From: Auanema rhodensis
Lineage: Eukaryota; Animalia; Nematoda
Assembly (NCBI GenBank): GCA_964057225.1
Contig: OZ059900.1
Span: forward strand, 16,182,001-16,246,000
Length of the DNA stretch: 64,000 nt
Direction of reading: 5' to 3'
Shown here piece by piece: positions 25,401 to 39,000 of this stretch. Made by a program: the position numbers and the translations under genes. The first letter of the stretch is position 1, and each line of letters begins with the position of its first letter. The notes beneath the pieces were generated by a model. That model saw nothing but the letters and a program-made list of their open reading frames with translations, had not been told where the DNA came from and did no database searches.

Positions 25401-28400
25401 TGCTGGAAAACCAGTTTTTGGAAATTTCGCTGTAAACAAGGTTTTGACTTACGATTTCATGTGTTCAAACTCATGCAATGTCAATGAAACCTAGCTCAAA
25501 ATTGTTCGTACAACGTCTAGTTCCACTTTCACGACAAAAAAACAGGGGTTAGAAAATTAAGGAAATTAGCATATTCTGAGGGCACGCCCCTTATGGCTAA
25601 TATTGATTAAATCGATTTTTGTTCATATGAGTCGTCAAATGCAACGAATTTCAGCGTGTTACATACTAAAATGAAGCATTTTACATGCTGAACACTAGAA
25701 AAATACAAAAACACAGTATTTCCCATGAGAAATATTTTATTATGCTGGAAAACCAGTTTTTGGAAATTTCGCTGTAAACAAGGTTTTGACTTACGATTTC
25801 ATGTGTTCAAACTCATGCAATGTCAATGAAACCTAGCTCAAAATTGTTCGTACAACGTCTAGTTCCACTTTCACGACAAAAAAACAGGGGTTAGAAAATT
25901 AAGGAAATTAGCATATTCTGAGGGCACGCCCCTTATGGCTAATAATGATTAAATCGATTTTTGTTCATATGAGTCGTCAAATGCAACGAATTTCAGCGTG
26001 TTACATACTAAAATGAAGCATTTTACATGCTGAACACTAGAAAAATACAAAAACACAGTATTTCCCATGAGAAATATTTTATTATGCTGGAAAACCAGTT
26101 TTTGGAAATTTCGCTGTAAACAAGGTTTTGACTTACGATTTCATGTGTTCAAACTCATGCAATGTCAATGAAACCTAGCTCAAAATTGTTCGTACAACGT
26201 CTAGTTCCACTTTAACGACAAAAAAACAGGGGTTAGAAAATTAAGGAAATTAGCATATTCTGAGGGCACGCCCCTTATGGCTAATATTGATTAAATCGAT
26301 TTTTGTTCATATGAGTCGTCAAATGCAACGAATTTCAGCGTGTTACATACTAAAATTAAGCATTTTACATGCTGAACACTAGAAAAAAACAAAAACACAG
26401 TATTTCCCATGAGAAATATTTTATTATGCTGGAAAACCAGTTTTTGGAAATTTCGCTGTAAACAAGGTTTTGACTTACGATTTCATGTGTTCAAACTCAT
26501 GCAATGTCAATGAAACTTAGCTCAAAATTGTTCGTACAACGTCTAGTTCCACTTTCACGACAAAAAAACAGGGGTTAGAAAATTAAGGAAGTTAGCATAT
26601 TCTGAGGGCACGCCCCTTATAGCTAATATTGATTAAATCGATTTTTGTTCATATGAGTCGTCAAATGCAACGAATTTCAGCGTGTTACATACTAAAATGA
26701 AGCATTTTACATGCTGAACACTAGAAAAATACAAAAACACAGTATTTCCCATGAGAAATATTTTATTATGCTGGAAAACCAGTTTTTGGAAATTTCGCTG
26801 TAAACAAGGTTTTCACTTACGATTTCATGTGTTCAAACTCATGCAATGTCAATGAAACCTAGCTCAAAATTGTTCGTACAACGTCTAGTTCCACTTTCAC
26901 GACAAAAAAACAGGGGTTAGAAAATTAAGGAAATTAGCATATTCTGAGGGCACGCCCCTTATGGCTAATATTGATTAAATCGATTTTTGTTCATATGAGT
27001 CGTCAAATGCAACGAATTTCAGCGTGTTACATACTAAAATGAAACATTTTACATGCTGAACACTAGAAAAATACAAAAACACAGTATTTCCCATGAGAAA
27101 TATTTTATTATGCTGGAAAACCAGTTTTTGGAAATTTCGCTGTAAACAAGGTTTTGACTTACGATTTCATGTGTTCAAACTCATGCAATGTCAATGAAAC
27201 CTAGCTCAAAATTGTTCGTACAACGTCTAGTTCCACTTTCACGACAAAAAAACAGGGGTTAGAAAATTAAGGAAATTAGCATATTCTGAGGGCACGCCCC
27301 TTATGGCTAATAATGATTAAATCGATTTTTGTTCATATGAGTCGTCAAATGCAACGAATTTCAGCGTGTTACATACTAAAATGAAGCATTTTACATGCTG
27401 AACACTAGAAAAATACAAAAACACAGTATTTCCCATGAGAAATATTTTATTATGCTGGAAAACCAGTTTTTGGAAATTTCGCTGTAAACAAGGTTTTGAC
27501 TTACGATTTCATGTGTTCAAACTCATGCAATGTCAATGAAACCTAGCTCAAAATTGTTCGTACAACGTCTAGTTCCACTTTAACGACAAAAAAACAGGGG
27601 TTAGAAAATTAAGGAAATTAGCATATTCTGAGGGCACGCCCCTTATGGCTAATATTGATTAAATCGATTTTTGTTCATATGAGTCGTCAAATGCAACGAA
27701 TTTCAGCGTGTTACATACTAAAATAAAGCATTTTACATGCTGAACACTAGAAAAAAACAAAAACACAGTATTTCCCATGAGAAATATTTTATTATGCTGG
27801 AAAACCAGTTTTTGGAAATTTCGCTGTAAACAAGGTTTTGACTTACGATTTCATGTGTTCAAACTCATGCAATGTCAATGAAACCTAGCTCAAAATTGTT
27901 CGTACAACGTCTAGTTCCACTTTCACGACAAAAAAACAGGGGTTAGAAAATTAAGGAAATTAGCATATTCTGAGGGCACGCCCCTTATGGCTAATATTGA
28001 TTAAATCGATTTTTGTTCATATGAGTCGTCAAATGCAACGAATTTCAGCGTGTTACATACCAAAATGAAGCATTTTACATGCTGAACACTAGAAAAATAC
28101 AAAAACACAGTATTTCCCATGAGAAATATTTTATTATGCTGGAAAACCAGTTTTTGGAAATTTCGCTGTAAACAAGGTTTTGACTTACGATTTCATGTGT
28201 TCAAATTCATGCAATGTCAATGAAACCTTGCTCAAAATTGTTTGTACAACGTCTAGTTCCACTTTCACGACAAAAAAACAGGGGTTAGAAAATTAAGGAA
28301 ATTAGCATATTCTGAGGGCACGCCCCTTATGGCTAATATTGATTAATTCGATTTTTGTTCATATGAGTCGTCAAATGCAACGAATTTCAGCGTGTTACAT

Positions 28401-30099
28401 ACTAAAATGAAGCATTTTACATGCTGAACACTAGAAAAATACAAAAACACAGTATTTCTCATGAAAAATATTTTATTATGCTGGAAAACCAGTTTTTGGA
28501 AATTTCGCTGTAAACAAGGTTTTGACTTACGATTTCATGTGTTCAAACTCATGCAATGTCAATGAAACCTAGCTCAAAATTGTTCGTACAACGTCTAGTT
28601 CCACTTTCACGACAAAAAAACAGGGGTTAGAAAATTAAGGAAATTAGCATATTCTGAGGGCACGCCCCTTATGGCTAATATTGATTAAATCGATTTTTGT
28701 TCATATGAGTCGTCAAATGCAACGAATTTCAGCGTGTTACATACTAAAATGAAGCATTTTACATGCTGAACACTAGAAAAATACAAAAACACAGTATTTC
28801 CCATGAGAAATATTTTATTATGCTGGAAAATCAGTTTTTGGAAATTTCGCTGTAAACAAGGTTTTGACTTACGATTTCATGTGTTCAAACTCATGCAATG
28901 TCAATGAAACCTAGCTCAAAATTGTTCGTACAACGTCTAGTTCCACTTTCACGACAAAAAAACAGGGGTTAGAAAATTAAGGAAATTAGCATATTCTGAG
29001 GGCACGCCCCTTATGGCTAATATTGATTAAATCGATTTTTGTTCATATGAGTCGTCAAATGCAACGAATTTCAGCGTGTTACATACTAAAATGAAGCATT
29101 TTACATGCTGAACACTAAAAAAATACAAAAACACAGTATTTCCCATGAGAAATATTTTATTATGCTGGAAAACCAGTTTTTGGAAATTTCGCTGTAAACA
29201 AGGTTTTGACTTACGATTTCATATGTTCAAACTCATGCAATGTCAATGAAACTTAGCTCAAAATTGTTCGTACAACGTCTAGTTCCACTTTCACGACAAA
29301 AAAACAGGGGTTAGAAAATTAAGGAAATTAGCATATTCTGAGGGCACGCCCCTTATAGCTAATATTGATTAAATCGATTTTTGTTCATATGAGTCGTCAA
29401 ATGCAACGAATTTCAGCGTGTTACATACTAAAATGAAGCATTTTACATGCTGAACACTAGAAAAATACAAAAACACAGTATTTCCCATGAGAAATATTTT
29501 ATTATGCTGGAAAACCAGTTTTTGGAAATTTCGCTGTAAACAAGGTTTTGACTTACGATTTCATGTGTTCAAACTCATGCAATGTCAATGAAACCTAGCT
29601 CAAAATTGTTCGTACAACGTCTAGTTCCACTTTCACGACAAAAAAACAGGGGTTAGAAAATTAAGGAAATTAGCATATTCTGAGGGCACGCCCCTTATGG
29701 CTAATATTGATTAAATCGATTTTTGTTCATATGAGTCGTCAAATGCAACGAATTTCAGCGTGTTACATACTAAAATGAAGCATTTTACATGCTGAACACT
29801 AGAAAAATACAAAAACACAGTATTTCCCATGAGAAATATTTTATTATGCTGGAAAACCAGTTTTTGGAAATTTCGCTGTAAACAAGGTTTTGACTTACGA
29901 TTTCATGTGTTCAAACTCATGCAATGTCAATGAAACCTAGCTCAAAATTGTTCGTACAACGTCTAGTTCCACTTTCACGACAAAAAAACAGGGGTTAGAA
30001 AATTAAGGAAATTAGCATATTCTGAGGGCACGCCCCTTATGGCTAATATTGATTAAATCGATTTTTGTTCATATGAGTCGTCAAATGCAACGAATTTCA

Positions 30100-33000
30100 G
30101 CGTGTTACATACTAAAATGAAACATTTTACATGCTGAACACTAGAAAAATACAAAAACACAGTATTTCCCATGAGAAATATTTTATTATGCTGGAAAACC
30201 AGTTTTTGGAAATTTCGCTGTAAACAAGGTTTTGACTTACGATTTCATGTGTTCAAACTCATGCAATGTCAATGAAACCTAGCTCAAAATTGTTCGTACA
30301 ACGTCTAGTTCCACTTTCACGACAAAAAAACAGGGGTTAGAAAATTAAGGAAATTAGCATATTCTGAGGGCACGCCCCTTATGGCTAATAATGATTAAAT
30401 CGATTTTTGTTCATATGAGTCGTCAAATGCAACGAATTTCTGCGTGTTACATACTAAAATGAAGCATTTTACATGCTGAACACTAGAAAAAAACAAAAAC
30501 ACAGTATTTCCCATGAGAAATATTTTATTATGCTGGAAAACCAGTTTTTGGAAATTTCGCTGTAAACAAGGTTTTGACTTACGATTTCATGTGTTCAAAC
30601 TCATGCAATGTCAATGAAACTTAGCTCAAAATTGTTCGTACAACGTCTAGTTCCACTTTCACGACAAAAAAACAGGGGTTAGAAAATTAAGGAAATTAGC
30701 ATATTCTGAGGGCACGCCCCTTATGGCTAATATTGATTAAATCGATTTTTGTTCATATGAGTCGTCAAATGCAACGAATTTCAGCGTGTTACATACTAAA
30801 ATGAAGCATTTTACATGCTGAACACTAGAAAAATACAAAAACACAGTATTTCCCATGAGAAATATTTTATTATGCTGGAAAACCAGTTTTTGGAAATTTC
30901 GCTGTAAACAAGGTTTTGACTTACGATTTCATGTGTTCAAACTCATGCAATGTCAATGAAACCTAGCTCAAAATTGTTCGTACAACGTCTAGTTCCACTT
31001 TCACGACAAAAAAACAGGGGTTAGAAAATTAAGGAAATTAGCATATTCTGAGGGCACGCCCCTTATGGCTAATAATGATTAAATCGATTTTTGTTCATAT
31101 GAGTCGTCAAATGCAACGAATTTCAGCGTGTTACATACTAAAATGAAGCATTTTACATGCTGAACACTAGAAAAATACAAAAACACAGTATTTCCCATGA
31201 GAAATATTTTATTATGCTGGAAAACCAGTTTTTGGAAATTTCGCTGTAAACAAGGTTTTGACTTACGATTTCATGTGTTCAAACTCATGCAATGTCAATG
31301 AAACCTAGCTCAAAATTGTTTGTACAACGTCTAGTTCCACTTTCACGACAAAAAAAACAGGGGTTAGAAAATTAAGGAAATTAGTATATTCTGAGGGCAC
31401 GCCCCTTATGGCTAATATTGATTAAATCGATTTTTGTTCATATGAGTCGTCAAATGCAACGAATTTCAGCGTGTTACATACTAAAATGAAGCATTTCACA
31501 TGCTGAACACTAGAAAAATACAAAAACACAGTATTTCCCATGAGAAATATTTTATCATGCTGGAAAACCAGTTTTTGGAAATTTCGCTGTAAACAAGGTT
31601 TTGACTTACGATTTCATGTGTTCAAACTCATGCAATGTCAATGAAACCTAGCTCAAAATTGTTTGTACAACGTCTAGTTCCACTTTCACGACAAAAAAAC
31701 AAGGGTTAGAAAATTAAGGAAATTAGCATATTCTGAGGGCACGCCCCTTATGGCTAATATTGATTAAATCGATTTTTGTTCATATGAGTCGTCAAATGCA
31801 ACGAATTTCAGCGTGTTACATACTAAAATGAAGCATTTTACATGCTGAACACTAGAAAAATACAAAAACACAGTATTTCCCATGAGAAATATTTTATTAT
31901 GCTGGAAAACCAGTTTTTGGAAATTTCGCTGTAAACAAGGTTTTGACTTACGATTTCATGTGTTCAAACTCATGCAATGTCAATGAAACCTAGCTCAAAA
32001 TTGTTCGTACAACGTCTAGTTCCACTTTCACGACAAAAAAACAGGGGTTAGAAAATTAAGGAAATTAGTATATTCTGAGGGCACGCCCCTTATGGCTAAT
32101 ATTGATTAAATCGATTTTTGTTCATATGAGTCGTCAAATGCAACGAATTTCAGCGTGTTACATACTAAAATGAAGCATTTTACATGCTGAACACTAGAAA
32201 AAAACAAAAACACAGTATTTCCCATGAGAAATATTTTATTATGCTGGAAAACCAGTTTTTGGAAATTTCGCTGTAAACAAGGTTTTGACTTACGATTTCA
32301 TGTGTTCAAACTCATGCAATGTCAATGAAACCTAGCTCAAAATTGTTTGTACAGCGTCTAGTTCCACTTTCACGACAAAAAAAACAGGGGTTAGAAAATT
32401 AAGGAAATTAGTATATTCTGAGGGCACGCCCCTTATGGCTAATATTGATTAAATCGATTTTTGTTCATATGAGTCGTCAAATGCAACGAATTTCAGCGTG
32501 TTACATACTAAAATGAAGCATTTCACATGCTGAACACTAGAAAAATACAAAAACACAGTATTTCCCATGAGAAATATTTTATCATGCTGGAAAACCAGTT
32601 TTTGGAAATTTCGCTGTAAACAAGGTTTTGACTTACGATTTCATGTGTTCAAACTCATGCAATGTCAATGAAACTTAGCTCAAAATTGTTCGTACAACGT
32701 CTAGTTCCACTTTCACGACAAAAAAACAGGGGTTAGAAAATTAAGGAAATTAGCATATTCTGAGGGCACGCCCCTTATAGCTAATATTGATTAAATCGAT
32801 TTTTGTTCATATGAGTCGTCAAATGCAACGAATTTCAGCGTGTTACATACTAAAATGAAGCATTTTACATGCTGAACACTAGAAAAATACAAAAACACAG
32901 TATTTCCCATGAGAAATATTTTATTATGCTGGAAAACCAGTTTTTGGAAATTTCGCTGTAAACAAGGTTTTGACTTACGATTTCATGTGTTCAAACTCAT

Positions 33001-36000
33001 GCAATGTCAATGAAACCTAGCTCAAAATTGTTCGTACAACGTCTAGTTCCACTTTCACGACAAAAAAACAGGGGTTAGAAAATTAAGGAAATTAGCATAT
33101 TCTGAGGGCACGCCCCTTATGGCTAATATTGATTAAATCGATTTTTGTTCATATGAGTCGTCAAATGCAACGAATTTCAGCGTGTTACATACTAAAATTA
33201 AGCATTTTACATGCTGAACACTAGAAAAATACAAAAACACAGTATTTCCCATGAGAAATATTTTATTATGCTGGAAAACCAGTTTTTGGAAATTTCGCTG
33301 TAAACAAGGTTTTCACTTACGATTTCATGTGTTCAAACTCATGCAATGTCAATGAAACCTAGCTCAAAATTGTTCGTACAACGTCTAGTTCCACTTTCAC
33401 GACAAAAAAACAGGGGTTAGAAAATTAAGGAAATTAGCATATTCTGAGGGCACGCCCCTTATGGCTAATATTGATTAAATCGATTTTTGTTCATATGAGT
33501 CGTCAAATGCAACGAATTTCAGCGTGTTACATACTAAAATGAAACATTTTACATGCTGAACACTAGAAAAATACAAAAACACAGTATTTCCCATGAGAAA
33601 TATTTTATTATGCTGGAAAACCAGTTTTTGGAAATTTCGCTGTAAACAAGGTTTTGACTTACGATTTCATGTGTTCAAACTCATGCAATGTCAATGAAAC
33701 CTAGCTCAAAATTGTTCGTACAACGTCTAGTTCCACTTTCACGACAAAAAAACAGGGGTTAGAAAATTAAGGAAATTAGCATATTCTGAGGGCACGCCCC
33801 TTATGGCTAATAATGATTAAATCGATTTTTGTTCATATGAGTCGTCAAATGCAACGAATTTCAGCGTGTTACATACTAAAATGAAGCATTTTACATGCTG
33901 AACACTAGAAAAATACAAAAACACAGTATTTCCCATGAGAAATATTTTATTATGCTGGAAAACCAGTTTTTGGAAATTTCGCTGTAAACAAGGTTTTGAC
34001 TTACGATTTCATGTGTTCAAACTCATGCAATGTCAATGAAACCTAGCTCAAAATTGTTCGTACAACGTCTAGTTCCACTTTCACGACAAAAAAACAGGGG
34101 TTAGAAAATTAAGGAAATTAGCATATTCTGAGGGCACGCCCCTTATGGCTAATATTGATTAAATCGATTTTTGTTCATATGAGTCGTCAAATGCAACGAA
34201 TTTCAGCGTGTTACATACTAAAATGAAACATTTTACATGCTGAACACTAGAAAAATACAAAAACACAGTATTTCCCATGAGAAATATTTTATTATGCTGG
34301 AAAACCAGTTTTTGGAAATTTCGCTGTAAACAAGGTTTTGACTTACGATTTCATGTGTTCAAACTCATGCAATGTCAATGAAACCTAGCTCAAAATTGTT
34401 CGTACAACGTCTAGTTCCACTTTCACGACAAAAAAACAGGGGTTAGAAAATTAAGGAAATTAGCATATTCTGAGGGCACGCCCCTTATGGCTAATAATGA
34501 TTAAATCGATTTTTGTTCATATGAGTCGTCAAATGCAACGAATTTCAGCGTGTTACATACTAAAATGAAGCATTTTACATGCTGAACACTAGAAAAATAC
34601 AAAAACACAGTATTTCCCATGAGAAATATTTTATTATGCTGAAAAACCAGTTTTTGGAAATTTCGCTGTAAACAAGGTTTTGACTTACGATTTCATGTGT
34701 TCAAACTCATGCAATGTCAATGAAACCTAGCTCAAAATTGTTCGTACAACGTCTAGTTCCACTTTAACGACAAAAAAACAGGGGTTAGAAAATTAAGGAA
34801 ATTAGCATATTCTGAGGGCACGCCCCTTATGGCTAATATTGATTAAATCGATTTTTGTTCATATGAGTCGTCAAATGCAACGAATTTCAGCGTGTTACAT
34901 ACTAAAATTAAGCATTTTACATGCTGAACACTAGAAAAAAACAAAAACACAGTATTTCCCATGAGAAATATTTTATTATGCTGGAAAACCAGTTTTTGGA
35001 AATTTCGCTGTAAACAAGGTTTTGACTTACGATTTCATGTGTTCAAACTCATGCAATGTCAATGAAACCTAGCTCAAAATTGTTCGTACAACGTCTAGTT
35101 CCACTTTCACGACAAAAAAACAGGGGTTAGAAAATTAAGGAAGTTAGCATATTCTGAGGGCACGCCCCTTATGGCTAATATTGATTAAATCGATTTTTGT
35201 TCATATGAGTCGTCAAATGCAACGAATTTCAGCGTGTTACATACTAAAATGAAGCATTTTACATGCTGAACACTAGAAAAATACAAAAACACAGTATTTC
35301 CCATGAGAAATATTTTATTATGCTGGAAAACCAGTTTTTGGAAATTTCGCTGTAAACAAGGTTTTCACTTACGATTTCATGTGTTCAAACTCATGCAATG
35401 TCAATGAAACCTAGCTCAAAATTGTTCGTACAACGCCTAGTTCCACTTTCACGACAAAAAAACAGGGGTTAGAAAATTAAGGAAATTAGCATATTCTGAG
35501 GGCACGCCCCTTATGGCTAATATTGATTAAATCGATTTTTGTTCATATGAGTCGTCAAATGCAACGAATTTCAGCGTGTTACATACTAAAATGAAGCATT
35601 TTACATGCTGAACACTAGAAAAATACAAAAACACAGTATTTCCCATGAGAAATATTTTATTATGCTGGAAAACCAGTTTTTGGAAATTTCGCTGTAAACA
35701 AGGTTTTGACTTACGATTTCATGTGTTCAAACTCATGCAATGTCAATGAAACCTAGCTCAAAATTGTTCGTACAACGTCTAGTTCCACTTTCACGACAAA
35801 AAAACAGGGGTTAGAAAATTAAGGAAATTAGCATATTCTGAGGGCACGCCCCTTATGGCTAATATTGATTAAATCGATTTTTGTTCATATGAGTCGTCAA
35901 ATGCAACGAATTTCAGCGTGTTACATACCAAAATGAAGCATTTTACATGCTGAACACTAGAAAAATACAAAAACACAGTATTTCCCATGAGAAATATTTT

Positions 36001-39000
36001 ATTATGCTGGAAAACCAGTTTTTGGAAATTTCGCTGTAAACAAGGTTTTGACTTACGATTTCATGTGTTCAAATTCATGCAATGTCAATGAAACCTTGCT
36101 CAAAATTGTTTGTACAACGTCTAGTTCCACTTTCACGACAAAAAAACAGGGGTTAGAAAATTAAGGAAATTAGCATATTCTGAGGGCACGCCCCTTATGG
36201 CTAATATTGATTAATTCGATTTTTGTTCATATGAGTCGTCAAATGCAACGAATTTCAGCGTGTTACATACTAAAATGAAGCATTTTACATGCTGAACACT
36301 AGAAAAATACAAAAACACAGTATTTCTCATGAAAAATATTTTATTATGCTGGAAAACCAGTTTTTGGAAATTTCGCTGTAAACAAGGTTTTGACTTACGA
36401 TTTCATGTGTTCAAACTCATGCAATGTCAATGAAACCTAGCTCAAAATTGTTCGTACAACGTCTAGTTCCACTTTCACGACAAAAAAACAGGGGTTAGAA
36501 AATTAAGGAAATTAGCATATTCTGAGGGCACGCCCCTTATGGCTAATATTGATTAAATCGATTTTTGTTCATATGAGTCGTCAAATGCAACGAATTTCAG
36601 CGTGTTACATACTAAAATGAAGCATTTTACATGCTGAACACTAGAAAAATACAAAAACACAGTATTTCCCATGAGAAATATTTTATTATGCTGGAAAACC
36701 AGTTTTTGGAAATTTCGCTGTAAACAAGGTTTTGACTTACGATTTCATGTGTTCAAACTCATGCAATGTCAATGAAACCTAGCTCAAAATTGTTCGTACA
36801 ACGTCTAGTTCCACTTTCACGACAAAAAAACAGGGGTTAGAAAATTAAGGAAATTAGCATATTCTGAGGGCACGCCCCTTATGGCTAATATTGATTAAAT
36901 CGATTTTTGTTCATATGAGTCGTCAAATGCAACGAATTTCAGCGTGTTACATACTAAAATGAAGCATTTTACATGCTGAACACTAAAAAAATACAAAAAC
37001 ACAGTATTTCCCATGAGAAATATTTTATTATGCTGGAAAACCAGTTTTTGGAAATTTCGCTGTAAACAAGGTTTTGACTTACGATTTCATATGTTCAAAC
37101 TCATGCAATGTCAATGAAACTTAGCTCAAAATTGTTCGTACAACGTCTAGTTCCACTTTCACGACAAAAAAACAGGGGTTAGAAAATTAAGGAAATTAGC
37201 ATATTCTGAGGGCACGCCCCTTATAGCTAATATTGATTAAATCGATTTTTGTTCATATGAGTCGTCAAATGCAACGAATTTCAGCGTGTTACATACTAAA
37301 ATGAAGCATTTTACATGCTGAACACTAGAAAAATACAAAAACACAGTATTTCCCATGAGAAATATTTTATTATGCTGGAAAACCAGTTTTTGGAAATTTC
37401 GCTGTAAACAAGGTTTTGACTTACGATTTCATGTGTTCAAACTCATGCAATGTCAATGAAACCTAGCTCAAAATTGTTCGTACAACGTCTAGTTCCACTT
37501 TCACGACAAAAAAACAGGGGTTAGAAAATTAAGGAAATTAGCATATTCTGAGGGCACGCCCCTTATGGCTAATATTGATTAAATCGATTTTTGTTCATAT
37601 GAGTCGTCAAATGCAACGAATTTCAGCGTGTTACATACTAAAATGAAGCATTTTACATGCTGAACACTAGAAAAATACAAAAACACAGTATTTCCCATGA
37701 GAAATATTTTATTATGCTGGAAAACCAGTTTTTGGAAATTTCGCTGTAAACAAGGTTTTGACTTACGATTTCATGTGTTCAAACTCATGCAATGTCAATG
37801 AAACCTAGCTCAAAATTGTTCGTACAACGTCTAGTTCCACTTTCACGACAAAAAAACAGGGGTTAGAAAATTAAGGAAATTAGCATATTCTGAGGGCACG
37901 CCCCTTATGGCTAATATTGATTAAATCGATTTTTGTTCATATGAGTCGTCAAATGCAACGAATTTCAGCGTGTTACATACTAAAATGAAACATTTTACAT
38001 GCTGAACACTAGAAAAATACAAAAACACAGTATTTCCCATGAGAAATATTTTATTATGCTGGAAAACCAGTTTTTGGAAATTTCGCTGTAAACAAGGTTT
38101 TGACTTACGATTTCATGTGTTCAAACTCATGCAATGTCAATGAAACCTAGCTCAAAATTGTTTGTACAACGTCTAGTTCCACTTTCACGACAAAAAAACA
38201 GGGGTTAGAAAATTAAGGAAATTAGCATATTCTGAGGGCACGCCCCTTATGGCTAATAATGATTAAATCGATTTTTGTTCATATGAGTCGTCAAATGCAA
38301 CGAATTTCTGCGTGTTACATACTAAAATGAAGCATTTTACATGCTGAACACTAGAAAAAAACAAAAACACAGTATTTCCCATGAGAAATATTTTATTATG
38401 CTGGAAAACCAGTTTTTGGAAATTTCGCTGTAAACAAGGTTTTGACTTACGATTTCATGTGTTCAAACTCATGCAATGTCAATGAAACTTAGCTCAAAAT
38501 TGTTCGTACAACGTCTAGTTCCACTTTCACGACAAAAAAACAGGGGTTAGAAAATTAAGGAAATTAGCATATTCTGAGGGCACGCCCCTTATGGCTAATA
38601 TTGATTAAATCGATTTTTGTTCATATGAGTCGTCAAATGCAACGAATTTCAGCGTGTTACATACTAAAATGAAGCATTTTACATGCTGAACACTAGAAAA
38701 ATACAAAAACACAGTATTTCCCATGAGAAATATTTTATTATGCTGGAAAACCAGTTTTTGGAAATTTCGCTGTAAACAAGGTTTTGACTTACGATTTCAT
38801 GTGTTCAAACTCATGCAATGTCAATGAAACCTAGCTCAAAATTGTTCGTACAACGTCTAGTTCCACTTTCACGACAAAAAAACAGGGGTTAGAAAATTAA
38901 GGAAATTAGCATATTCTGAGGGCACGCCCCTTATGGCTAATAATGATTAAATCGATTTTTGTTCATATGAGTCGTCAAATGCAACGAATTTCAGCGTGTT

